A stretch of 64,000 nt of DNA. Source: Saccostrea cucullata. Lineage: Eukaryota. The stretch is taken from NCBI RefSeq assembly GCF_032062105.1, contig NW_026931568.1, positions 310,001 to 374,000 of the forward strand. Direction: 5' to 3'. The translations under genes and the position numbers were made by a program. The notes below the pieces were generated by a model. The model was not told the DNA's origin. It worked only from the letters and a program-made list of their open reading frames with translations, and did no database searches. This document shows, piece by piece, positions 38,607 to 50,910 of this stretch. The first letter of the stretch is position 1. Each line of letters begins with the position of its first letter.

Positions 38607-41600
38607 TTAATGAAATGGAGTGGTATGTGTTTCTTTACAATGACATAATTTGTTTATACACTGCCATTCCGTATAACACAAATTGATGTGTCGTCGACAG
38701 TCCCCGGGTGTTACACATCCTAGAGAAAGAGAAAAATTAAGAATGATATATTTATCATAGTTATTATCTAAGTGTATAAACATTGACCTTTACATTTTAA
38801 ATCATGCTGCTTTGTAAAAACTAAAATGATTATGTTTAGGTTTATGTCCGAGTACCCTATCATTCTCAACACCAGTGATTTCAGGAATGGAGGTGGTTCG
38901 AATTTTTGCCAGATGAATTGTTTGTAATATATACATAAAAACCGCATGATATTACATCTGCATTCACCAACAAAAATCAAGCAGTCAAACAAAAGAATAA
39001 TATCATACTAGTAAGTGGATTTGACAAATATTGTCGTTAAAGGGATAAAAAATTTGTTTTTCAAACTAAGCGTTGAATACGTAACAACAGCTCATAAATG
39101 TTGAAAACTTACTGGCAGGTTCTGTAGTGGTTGGAATGGTCGTGGTCGTTGGTGGTGCTGGTGTACTAATGAGTTGATCTACATTAAATGTATGTAGATA
39201 AAATTAAACAAAGTACAAATGTAAACATGCATTTAAGAAATAAACAACAATGTTAAGAAGTTCTCTGGGAAATGAACTTTTAGTTGGTCACGTGATCAAA
39301 TCCTGTGAAGCCCGAAGGGCTTCTCAGTAGATTTGATCACGTACCAACTAAAAGTTCATTTTCCAGTGAACTTTTTAACATTGTTGTTTCATACTTATAT
39401 TTACATTTGAAACGAAAACATTTTGAGTTAAATTGTATTTATTACACGAACGGGCCAACGAACTGCTATGTAACGACGCGCAATAACCTAGAAGTTGTTT
39501 GGTCAAATCGTGTTGTGATCCGGTCGCGCTATGACCTCTGACCCCCAAATGAAATTCACACAGAATTGAACGTATTTTCTCTTCAATAAGTTCATCTAAG
39601 AAAGATATTTGCAAATGTAAATATTAGTGCTTAATCTACTTTAAAATCACTAATTTACGTGGCTGGTTAATTTTCGTTGTTTTCGAGGTATGGAGAACCC
39701 AACGAATTCATGACCACCACTAAATGTAAAATTTTGCATGCATTACTACTTAAGTTAACATTCTCCAACAACAAAATCAAATTCCCCCAAGCCAATATTT
39801 TTTATCGAACCTGGAAAATTTAACCCCACAAAATATGTGATTTTACAGTATTAAATGACATTTATTTATGTTTGAACTTAACCTGGATTAATGCCTCCAA
39901 AGTCTCCACAGGTTGGAAAGTTGTCTGGAACCTTTGGTTGGTTTTCGAAAGATTCATTCAGAAGAACAGCAATTCCATCTGCTACGAGTGGAAGCATTTG
40001 GTAAGAGATGGCCCACATCCCTGGGTTATCAACCTTGATTCGTGCTATGACGTAACCACCATACGGGAGTGTAATTGTGTCCTTCAGAGGAGGATCTGCG
40101 AGATTCAAACCGGTGTCATTTCCGTTGAACCAATCTGGATCGCTCCATGTAGCACCATTACAGTTTTCATCTTCAGTAGTGTTCCCTCCACAGTTGATGT
40201 CGGTATTCTCCGAAATATACTCTCCAGTAGTTTCATTGTAGTTTGCATATCCTACCTTTAAAACCTCGAAAGAATGGCCATGCATATGAATTTGAACATC
40301 CCATCCCTTTTGTTTTCCCATGTTCAAGAAAACAAAGTTAATCGTGCCGTTATAGTTTGCATCAATTATATTGACACATGTACATTCATCGTTGTTCTTA
40401 CATTCTTCTGTGGAACACAAACTTTTAACGTGTTTGTAATGGGATTTTGCTGAGATAGGGGGTAATAAGTATTTCATGGGGCCAGAAACGGCAAAATTTA
40501 AGAAATATTCGTGTAGAGAACCTTCTGAAGAAGGTGCATTGGATATGAATGCCGTCGTTGAATCTATAGTTAAACATTGAAGTTCTGGCTCCATGGGAAA
40601 AGACTTGACTGGACAATTTAAAATGGCACATTGTTCTGTCGGTGTGCACGGATTCCTCGTAGAAGATAAAGACACAAACATTTCATCTGCTCCGGCATAG
40701 TGCAGCACTGCTTCAGCAGGTATCGAGTTGATGACATTTTGTGCCACTCCGCGAATTTTGAAATTACCAATATCTGCCTTGGCTTCCAGTATAAAGTCAA
40801 ATCTCTCTCCGGGGTTAACTATTACAGATTCTACATCAACTGGTTTGATTAAACGAGCATCAGAAGACACAACAGTCAATGTGTGGTTGTCCACAGAAAC
40901 TCTGTAAGAGTACATAGAAGCTGCATTTATAACTCGAAATCTGTAGAGTTCGCCTTGATCAACATCAAATACCTGTATTGGTGCTTCATTATGCTTTCCC
41001 GTATCAGGGTTATAGTATCTTCCTCTGCCATTGATCAGAGAAGAATGTGCATTCCAGATAGAATCAAACGTTAAAATTTTACTTGATTTGAGATTTTCCC
41101 CTACCTCAGAAGAGAGAAATTCTCGGTCTGCATTAAAGTCATGATTCCAGTCCTGCAGCTGTAGAATGAATTCTCCTGAAACATTCTGCAGATGTGAAGG
41201 AGGATTTCGTTCTCGCACTACTAATGCCCCGTACAACCCTTTTCCCCTTTGTAAACCTGATTGAGAACGGTACCAGTAAGTGCCGCCCTGACCGACGTTG
41301 AAAGTATAAGTAAAAGATTGACCAGGATCAATGGGACATTGCGACGCATAACTAGCTCCATCCATGTTTGGCGTGCCTCTTTGTTCTATCCCATGCCAGT
41401 GGATGAATACTGTTTCTGACATGAGGTTATTTTTGACGTGGACAACAAGAATCTGATCCTCATAAGCTATGATTGACGGACCAGGTAAAGAGCCATTTGC
41501 TACAACAACCACTATCTGCTTCTCAAATCCATCTGCTGTGATAACTTCGCTAATGTTAACAGGCACAGGTAAAATGGGGTCTGCGGAGTATTTATAAAGA

Positions 41601-41773
41601 GAACCATTACTGGGGTAAACAGCTTTTTCCTTCTCATGAAACATGGTCAATTCTTCGGTAATTACCAAAGAGGTTTCGCAGATGTTTGCATTCTCATCGC
41701 ATTCAAATGAGGAGACGACATGCAGCAGGGATAATGCAAGAAGAAAAATCACTGCCGTCTTTGCCATCTGCAT
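38607..41773 (-). CDS. Secreted laccase-like multicopper-oxidase homologue lacking most Cu ligands, predicted to continue into a Thr/Pro linker exon and a cvSI-type Cys domain exon
   Basis: Large exon 41773(or 41767)-39883 encodes a signal peptide (MAKTAVIFLLALSLLHVVSS) and three cupredoxin domains. Donor CAG|GTTAAG at 39883. Phase-1 exon 39178-39113 (DQLISTPAPPTTTTIPTTTEPA). Phase-1 exon 38719-38607 (RCVTPGDCRRHINLCYTEWQCINKLCHCKETHTTPFH*). The laccase homology is very strong, but the splice to the 3' exons is inferred. Confidence 0.8.
39269..39362. repeat. Palindromic hairpin repeat with GCCCGAAGGGC apex
   Basis: AAATGAACTTTTAGTTGGT...GATCAAATC pairs with GATTTGATC...ACCAACTAAAAGTTCATTT. 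Confidence 0.8.
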
Positions 41774-42268
41774 GAAATCAAGAAACATTAAGAAGAGGGG
41801 AAAATCCCACCACGACCTTGACAAACTTTAAATTTATTTTAAAAAAAACAAGAATAGAAATAATATATTACTTTCAACACAAACTGCATACATAAATGGA
41901 AAGTTTTATTTTTATCTGTCGAAATAAAATAAATAACAACTGACTGATTTATTGTACGTTGTTTGACGCCCCTTTGAAATTTTTCCACCCATATAGGGAC
42001 GTCACCAAATACCGGAAAAGGACTTTTTCTCGGCATTCATTGCCAGTTTGCAGTGAGGGTTCTTTATCGTACCAATGCCTATCGTGACATGGGGACCGAG
42101 TTTTAAAGGTCTCATGCGAATGACCCGCAACTTTCACTTCAAAGTGCAGAACACTTGGTGAAGGAACAGTTGATACCTATTTTTTTTTTAAAAATAGACT
42201 TAGGTCAGTCGTGGCATTGATTCGAAGACACAACCTTTTGATCATGAAAACTTCGAACAGGTGGAAAA

Positions 42269-42810
42269 GAACTACGCACGCTAATTCTAGATTCCCGCCT
42301 ACATTTTATAACCGTTTAATTCAATATTGAGGAAAATTTGGCCATAAAATAATTTTTCAATACAAAGAACAGTTCAATGGTAATTAATTAATTATTTTGA
42401 TACCAGTGCTAAATACCAGAATATCCCGAATTCCAACCTTTGAAAAAAGGGGGGTAGACGATAGTTTCCACTGAAATCAAGCTATAAATCATACCATATT
42501 TTGAGATAGGATTTGATGTGAATAAATGTTTCATAAATCTTTTTTAAGGTATTATGGATTTAAAATTATTCATATATATTACTAAAATACAATGTTTCAT
42601 TTGTAAAGCACTTCAAAATAGCTGGAAAAATAAGCATTTTTGTCGTTTTACCAAAGTTTTAGAATTATCTCTCGTTGTTTTTCCAAATAAGTAATTTTTT
42701 ATGAAAATCCATATAAATATCAATGTAAATACTAAAAAATCATTTGAATACTTAACTTTTGAAAATTGACTTGGAGGTAGGCGGGAGAACAATACTATCG
42801 TTCGTACTTC
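42269..42810. mobile_element. MITE copy 1 (GAACTACG...CCCGCCTAC termini)
   Basis: Imperfect TIRs. Homologous in reverse orientation to 46641-47364. Confidence 0.7.
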
Positions 42811-43206
42811 TTTGAAATAACGCCTTAGTACTTTGTCGGTGTTTGACTATTTGGTGCCGTTGCTTAATTAGAAATATATGACTTAAGAAAACGTTGTCAA
42901 TGCATAGGTTTAAATGCAAGAGTGATTTATACCATAGCATACTAGCTAAAATTGGTCCATACATTTCAAAGAAACATGCAATGCACTAATGTACTTTGCA
43001 TATGAAGGCGGATAGCAGTAATGAATAAGACAAGACTTTATACATGTAATTAGACCAGGCGCATTAGTGATGATTTGTCAATGACTGACTTGAAAAAAAA
43101 AAATTTTCAATGTTTTCTTTCATGAAATAAAAGACCTACCTTTAAAAACCTATACCAATTTTTCAAGAGAAGGTTCAAAATGTAAAGACGTACAAACCAG
43201 TTGGGG

Positions 43207-43216
43207 TGTTTATATA
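43207..43216 (-). promoter_or_regulatory. Candidate TATA box for the laccase-like gene (upstream non-coding exon ending at ~43140)
   Basis: TATATAAA on the minus strand, followed by an AAG|GTAGGT donor at 43140 and an AAG acceptor at 41826. Confidence 0.3.
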
Positions 43217-44077
43217 TTACGCAAGATCCCTGTAATCAGACACCATTGCAATGTTGCTAAGTTTTTTGTTCCTATAAATACAATTTTTATCAAAAAACTC
43301 CATGTCAAGCTTTTTTTGTTGACATAGACAATTTTTGATGGCAAAATTAATGCATCAACGTTTTACTATGACTTCCTCTTAAACTTAATAAAAGGACATA
43401 AGCTTGAAAAGTGGTCACGGACAGAAATTTTCATCAATTCATTTTGACTAAATAATTTTGTGATCAAAATTACAGTTCTCAAAAAAAGATGCTCTTAATG
43501 CAATTTTAATTTTGAGCTATTTCATGAAATTGATATGAATCTAACCTCTTTAAACTACTGCATGCCTCTTAATAGTTTGTTGTCAGAAAGGAATGCATAT
43601 TTTAGTTGCCTTTCTTTCAACTAAGCCTCCATTGTTTTAGGGAATATTGTCTGAACGGATTTTAATACTTAGTTGTTCCTTTGAGAATTTAGCCTATGAG
43701 TGAAGCTTGGCTCACCACAGCAAATATTTTAACAGAAGATTGTATCATTTAATTATTACTTAAATAAGAAAGATTTTTATATATTTGAAAATTCCCTTTC
43801 TGAGAAATGATGAGTACCCCAGATGTTCTTCGTTTCATTTTTATTATGCTTTATTTGCATTGCTACTTAAAGACTTGTAAGCCTGTATGCACTTTAATTT
43901 ATATCAATTCATGTCGTCTTCAATAACTTCTATGATTTTTTGCTTGCAACTAGCTTTGAAGATTTAAATAGAAAACAAAGCAAATTGTTACATTTTATTA
44001 TTTATTTTTCATACAGTGAATTTCTTCGCGACTAAAATAAATACTTGAAAAAATGACTTTTTTACAGATGTGTGGAT

Positions 44078-45166
44078 TTATTTACAACGGCATTGTTCCT
44101 GAATGCATTCCCATTCTGTATAACATACGCCAGTGTGTCGTCTGCAGTCCCCGGGGGAAAGACACCCTAAAAAAGAGGAAACAGTGAGCAAGCATATTAA
44201 TATTAAAAGTCCTCAGAGATAAAAAAAAAATAGTATTACGCATATGTTTATCTAAAGTTATAGCAAACGATAATTTATCGGCTGTAATATACCCGTCGAT
44301 ATTGTAAATCATCTTTTGTTTTACAATAGAAGTAATGAATTTGATAATGACGTCATTTATTGAATTATACTCACTGTATACGTCAGTTATTGGAGTACAT
44401 GTACACAGGTTGTTCTGGCAGGTGAGGGTAGTGTGATGAATACACCCCACATCAATACATTGGTACTTGCTGACACAAGCTTCCCCGGCAATCAGGCCTA
44501 AACATAAATAATTATAAGTAGAAAATAATAATAAAAAAAATTAAAATGTATTTTATTTCATTAAAAAATATATTCGATTGTTTATAAACCTGTCACATAT
44601 AAGCCATAAAGATTAATTATATAAAAATCAATCACTGAACGTATAAGTTTATTGGAATTGACGTACTGGGTAAACAAATACAAAAAGTAATATTTTAGTT
44701 CTATTTTCAAATGAAGGATTAATAGATCAATTCATGGATTTTTATATTAAACCTCAGTTTTTAAATCATACCAACATTTATACAGCTAAAAGCGAAGTAC
44801 CAGTTTTAACAAAATGAACCAAAGAATTTGCAAAAAATTCTTATCGTACCAGCCCTTGCTACAATTTCACCGGCAGCAGACTTGTGACTTTATTTGTACT
44901 GCCGATCACTTCTATGATTTCGTACTATTAGTTTTGACTTTACAAAGATTCAAACTCACAACTTTCCTAAGCTTTGTCGATGAGATTTTCAAAGAACTCA
45001 AACATTTGTTTATTTAAGGTCATTGAAAGCTTGGAATTGAGCTACTGAAGAGGATCTTTTGAAATTGTCTTTGCTGATATTCATATAAAAAAATCATAAA
45101 AATCAATAAAGATGAATTTTACTTACCAAGGAATGAGAGTATGAGAGCAGCTGTTAAAATCTTCAT
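44078..45166 (-). CDS. Secreted 12-Cys serine protease inhibitor, cvSI-2-like (MEROPS I84), copy 1
   Basis: Exons 45166-45127, 44497-44375, 44166-44078: MKILTAALILSFLGLIAGEACVSKYQCIDVGCIHHTTLTCQNNLCTCTPITDVYRCLSPGDCRRHTGVCYTEWECIQEQCRCK*. Confidence 0.85.
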
Positions 45167-45465
45167 GCTAACGTTGATGAAGAAAACAAAGGAATAATAG
45201 AGGTCTAAATACTGTTTGACCTTGATTATAAGTACCTTATCGAGTTTAATACACCCTGACTCTTTGTCAAATCAAGTGGCTTGATGACCAAATTGTTTCT
45301 TCACTAAGATACCAATTTATTTTGTGGTCAACGTTCGCATTTTGCCATTTTAGGACTTCATAACAAAGCTTAGTTCAGTAAGTATCAACAAGTTAACGTT
45401 ACTTTAGTTCATTATATTTGTTGATACTACAGCATATTATCGTTTTTTTTTAGATTTGAGAAAAG

Positions 45466-48072
45466 ATGACGAAACTGCATCTAAGTGTCTTTGTATTTGC
45501 TGTGCTTTTTGTTGGTAACGTATATGTAGCTTACTCTTATAATATTATCATTCTCTTAAATAAATTGCCACTTCTAAATGGAAGTTCAATTTAATGACTA
45601 ATATTGTCACTTCTGAATGAATGCATTATTTAATGACAGTTAACTAAATAAAAATTGAATTTGCATTTATAAGACTGAAAATAAAAGAAACGTTAATGTT
45701 TCAGGATTTCTGAAGTCTGAGGATTGTACGGTAAGCAGCGGCTGTATAGACACGGTGTGTAACCACCAAACCAACTTAGAATGTGTTCACGGCATCTGTA
45801 CTTGTTCACCACCACCCTACGACCAACGTAAGTAAATCCTACCACAAAGTGAATTCTAGAATATAAGTAAATGATGTAACAAATTACATTTATGTAATTG
45901 TAGTTGAATTCTACTTTAAACGGGAGTAAAGTAAAGAAAAACACATGAGTTTTACATCGTAAGTAACATGTTTTTATGGTAATACCTAAATATATTCTAT
46001 GGCATCAATACCAGTAAGAATTCTGCGATATACAAATGTGATTTCTGTGAGTCCATTCTGTAAAACCTCATTAAAAAATTATTCCAATTTATTACTTAAA
46101 AATTCTCAATTAGTTTCAATATAAATTCTAAATCATTCAAAACCGAAGGTATCTGTTGAAATCCAATGATCAAAACTAAAATGATATCGATTTGGATACT
46201 AGGCAATCACTTTCTTTTCAGTTTTGTTCACATTGCGTAAATGTAATTCGTTTTAAAGCATTTTAAAGACGGAGATTAAACTTTTAACTGAATTAAGATA
46301 CCTATACGTTCTGTTTAATGATAAATGCTTACATTAAGAGTAAAGGTCTTCCATAACCACCTCAACAAAAGAATTTTCAAGATAGTCAGACTTCGCACTT
46401 ACCCGTTTGTTGCAAAAGTAGGTCGATCTAACCAGGTATACCTTAAAGAATTCCAAAATAACTGCGGATTTTTGTACACATTTTCTATTTTTACTAAACA
46501 GGTGTCTTATTATGTCTAAATAGGGATCTTAATGTTAGGTAACACACTGTGAAGAAATAATTCGACATACTCATCAAATTTTCTCAAGTCTGTTTAGTCT
46601 GGTCTGTTTGGTGAAGATTGACTTAAGAAATTGCGAGAAAGAACTACGAACGATAGTATTGTTCTCCCGCCTACCTCTAAGTCAATTCTCAAAAGTTAAC
46701 ATATTCGAATGATTTTCAAATTTTTTTTATAGATATTTATATGAATTTTCAATAAACGTTACTTATTTGGGATACCAAAGAGAGATAACTCTATAATTTT
46801 GTTAAACTTGTGTTTTTCACTATAGAAATCAACAGAAAACGGAAAATATTTTTAAAACATCTTTCCCCCCCGTGAAACAAAAATTCCTTTTTCCAGGTAA
46901 TATGGACTGTCATTTTACAAATTTATGCCAAAGCTTTTTGTGTTTCACGGGGGGGGGGGGGGGGAACATATGTTTATAGACAAAAAACGAAAGAAATGCT
47001 GATTTTTCACCAATTTTAAAGCTATTTACAACTAAATAATTGTATTTTATTAATTTATATATGTTTTATTTATTTGCGTAAAACATAAGAAAAGATATGA
47101 GATACATTTTATCATATTTAAGACTATTTCAAAATATGGTGATTCTTGAAAGTTCGATTTCACTAGAAAATATCGTCTACCCCCCTTATTTCAAGAGCTG
47201 GAATTAATGATAATTTACTATCTAGCACTGGAATTAAAATGATTAATCAATTACCATAGAACGTTCTTTGTATTAAACAAAGATTTAATGGCCAAATTGC
47301 CATTAATATTGAATTTAATGGGTGCAAAAAGTAGGCGGGAATCAAGAGTTAGAGTTCGTAGTTCATTGAGTCAATGACCGCTTAAGATTTGACTGATTAT
47401 TTAAACTCCATGACACATTTACATGTAACGTTTGTAGCAATTTTCAAATACATTTTATATTTCATTTTGAATGTTTCCAATTGTTGTCATTAGTAGCAGC
47501 TACAGTTCTGATCTTTTGATATGTTAATGAAATGCTATCGTCTACAAATCTGATGAATATTTCTTACTTTCAAATCTCATATATTGACTTTGTAATTGAA
47601 TTGTGATTAATTTTTTATGCTTCCAAAGGCGTTCTTCAATTTATATTCTTCAACAATCTCATGACAGTCATTTGAATAAATCATGGGGATATTCATCAAT
47701 AAAATTTGATCTGCTGACATAAAATCAAAATTAAAAAAAATCAATCAAATTATCTCTAGCTGTAATGCATATCTTATAAAACACTCTTAAAAAATTTCAT
47801 AAACTATTGTGACGGATAAATACTACTCATTGAAAAAAGTATTTCAAAACAGTACACATCGATAATACTAGTAAACAATTGTATCACAAGTGTTGATTGT
47901 AGTATCCTTGCCACCCCTTTAAGAAAAATGATTTTTCAGTAGTTTTAAATCATATTTAATATATCATCTTTGAATCATAGGATGTTTGGAGAAAGGTGAT
48001 TGTGATAGACATATCTATGACTGCCCCACAGACTGGAGATGCATCAATCAAAAATGTAGATGTGGCAATTAA
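45466..48072 (+). CDS. Secreted 12-Cys serine protease inhibitor, cvSI-2-like (MEROPS I84), copy 2
   Basis: Exons 45466-45514, 45705-45827, 47981-48072: MTKLHLSVFVFAVLFVGFLKSEDCTVSSGCIDTVCNHQTNLECVHGICTCSPPPYDQRCLEKGDCDRHIYDCPTDWRCINQKCRCGN*. Same phase-1 introns and 123-nt exon 2 as copy 1. Confidence 0.85.
46641..47364. mobile_element. MITE copy 2, in intron 2 of cvSI copy 2
   Basis: GAACTACGAACGATAGTATTGTTCTCCCGCCTAC ... GTAGGCGGGAATC...CGTAGTTC. Confidence 0.7.
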
Positions 48073-50445
48073 AGGTCCAAAGGTAATTTCTACAAAAAAT
48101 TTAATGTTCTTTTAGGAAAAATCTCGAATTCATTGTAGACAATATCTTACTGATGGAAATTCATAAGCAAAACATTATTTTAAAAAGGAATTAATTTTTG
48201 TCTCTATTCTTTGCAGAAGACCTCCCGTCACAGATGCTCATTATCAAGTTTTCGTCAATTTATCTGAAAAAATAAAGAAAAGCGATTTTTACAATGTGTT
48301 CCTGTCGACTTCTTATTATAGAATATTCAGAAAAAAAAATTCCTTTCTGTTTTCAAATGTGTTAATATAACACAGTAAATAATGTTATCATTGAATCAAT
48401 TGATGAGAATTTTTTAAAAAAGAAACTATCACACGAAACATAGTATGAAATGGCAAGGTAAATTTGTAAATATTACATAAGAAAATAAAAGAGACAGAAA
48501 TGTCTTTTTACATGTAAAAAAATGAAGATAACGAATACTGATCGATTAAAAAAAATCAATAAAAAATAAAAATTATTTGTTCAAAGGGAATTCCAGAGGT
48601 GGGAATAGGTGCCTAGTAAGAATCCCCTTTAACTGGTCACAATCGCAGTGAGCTTTGTGAATTCATGAAGGACTCACCGTCTAGTTTGTTAGATAAGCAA
48701 GGGCATCAACGATAGTTTGAAAAGTGATGCCTTATATTTCCATTTCATTGTGAAATAAAAATGTTAATGAAGATTTAAAAACGTTAAAAACTAATAGATT
48801 AAAAGTACACTAGGCCTCCCACGTTAATTTCAATAGTTCCCGTCCAGACCTCAGACACAAAGACAGCCGTACGAAATTTACATGCATATTAGACTTTGTT
48901 TGGCTCCTGGCCTTTTGCATGTCAAAATTTACATACCGGGAAAATTGTCAAGAAATCAAACCACCTAAACTTTCAAAGACTTATCACAGAGAAAACAAAT
49001 GGAAATGTTAAAGGATGCATTGTGTGGTTAAATCTAATATAAAAACAAAGGCCTAGCATTATGTGTTTGACAAAACTTCCGAAATACGAACAAACGATAG
49101 GTTACATGCATATCTGCTAACAAGGTCATTATAATGACCATAAAATATACGAAATGCTGACTATAAATGAGATTGTTAAATTCCTGTAACATCAACTTAT
49201 TAATGAGTATTATTCCTTGCTTTTAAAATTTGAAAATCGAACTCAGAACAAACTCTTGAGTAGCGAGTACATAGGGAGACATAAAGCCATAAGCAAGTGA
49301 TATTGATTTGTGATACTATTAAAACATAAATAAGGAATGTTGACGATAGAAATGCTGAAATCATCCTGTTTGTGATACGATGCAGTTGTTAGTTGGCTTG
49401 TTCTTTAAAATACAAAAAGAGACCAGCGTGAGAGGGAATTGGACGGTCTCAAAGAGCTAAAGCCACGAATTATCAATATCCGCCTTTAATTTTAGACAAA
49501 AATTCTAAAATCACGAAGCCTTTCATATGTTATTTTGTAGAGCACAATGTCATGGTACGCTACATATAATTTTTTGGTACACAGGCCATCGTCTTTAGCA
49601 CATGCGCAGAGACAAGTATACCTATGAAGTTAAAAACTGCCTAAAAACGCCGATTTTACGGCAGTTATTTCGAAATTTGAATGTGGCCACACTCAAGTAC
49701 CCTTTCCAAACTTTGCATGCATGAAAATATTATATATAGGCACCTTCATGCAAAATATCCTAGAGGTACTCGCGTGTGGCCAATATGAATTTTACATTTT
49801 ATGAATGTTGAGCTTTCAGAAATTAAAGCAAGATCCTCCATTTCAGTAGTAATTATATGTTCATTATATGCGTAATTACCCTAAATTAGTTATTAGTATA
49901 TCAGATTTATTCTTGATAATCATATTATCCCATATTTGTCAATAATTTTGTGATAGAATATCTTAAATTGTCATTTAATATGTGTTCTTTCATATAAAAT
50001 TTAAAATTACGCTCTTTTCTTTCATGCTTACGTACATGATACAATGATGACGTCATAATCTGACCGTGAGGTCTACTGCATCTGAGCAAAAATAATTTGA
50101 AGAAGTTTGTCAAAATAATTTTATAATTAGAAAAAGGTGTTGAGAATTGATTTGTGTCGAGTTTCCAATATGTTACCAGCACTAGATGTTGAACGTAATA
50201 CTTGTTTTAAATCTTGTTTATAAACATAAAAAAAAATGCCTAATCCGAAGTTGATATCTAAAATTCATGCAACTCCATGTGTATTCTAGGATACATAAAA
50301 AGTAAATAGTTTTATTTGTTTACACACTGATATTTCGATTGAAGAAATATATAGCATTTATGAATAGTATGCATTTAAGATTACAGTAAATGTTAGTTAG
50401 CTAATATTATTTTAAAACTCGAAGCTCTAAAACGCATGCCCCCCT

Positions 50446-50454
<9 letters not shown>

Positions 50455-50533
<79 letters not shown>
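50455..50533. repeat. (CT)n microsatellite
   Basis: Direct observation. Confidence 0.95.
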
Positions 50534-50535
<2 letters not shown>

Positions 50536-50754
50536 CAGCTTTCCCTTCTTTATTAACCTTTTACGATGTCTTAGAACTTTTTCTTTGGCATACCTTTAAA
50601 AAAATAATACGACGCAGATTTTTTTCCTGAAGGAAAAAAGAAAGAAAAATTTATTGGTAATCTAATAACTCTGAAATTGAATAACTCGGGATGATCTATC
50701 TGCACACGTATACATTATAGAAAAAATACGTCTCGTAACCACAATAGAAACTGG

Positions 50755-50910
50755 TGTCCGAAATTCTGTAGCATCTGAATGCATTTTGAGGTAAATACCG
50801 AGGTTACCCGATTAAAATAAAAAGGTGTCAAATGTGTCCGAAATTCTGTAACATCTGAATGCATTTTCAGGGAAATACCGAGGTTATCCGATTAAAATAA
50901 AAAGGTGTCA
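50755..50910. repeat. 79-bp tandem duplication
   Basis: GTGTCCGAAATTCTGTA...AAAAGGTGTCA occurs twice. Confidence 0.85.

Noticed and set aside
41774-41824. ORF-track N-terminus MSRSWWDF of the laccase
   Set aside because: It starts at TTG right after a splice acceptor. The signal peptide points to ATG 41773 or 41767.
39872-41831. Overlapping short ORFs within the laccase exon
   Set aside because: They are alternative-frame or antisense shadows with no independent evidence.
41825-44375. In-frame fusion of cvSI exons 1-2 to the laccase exon
   Set aside because: The cvSI exon 2 donor is phase 1, while the acceptor at 41826 would need phase 2.
50436-50630. SL-repeat ORF
   Set aside because: It is a translation of the (CT)n microsatellite.
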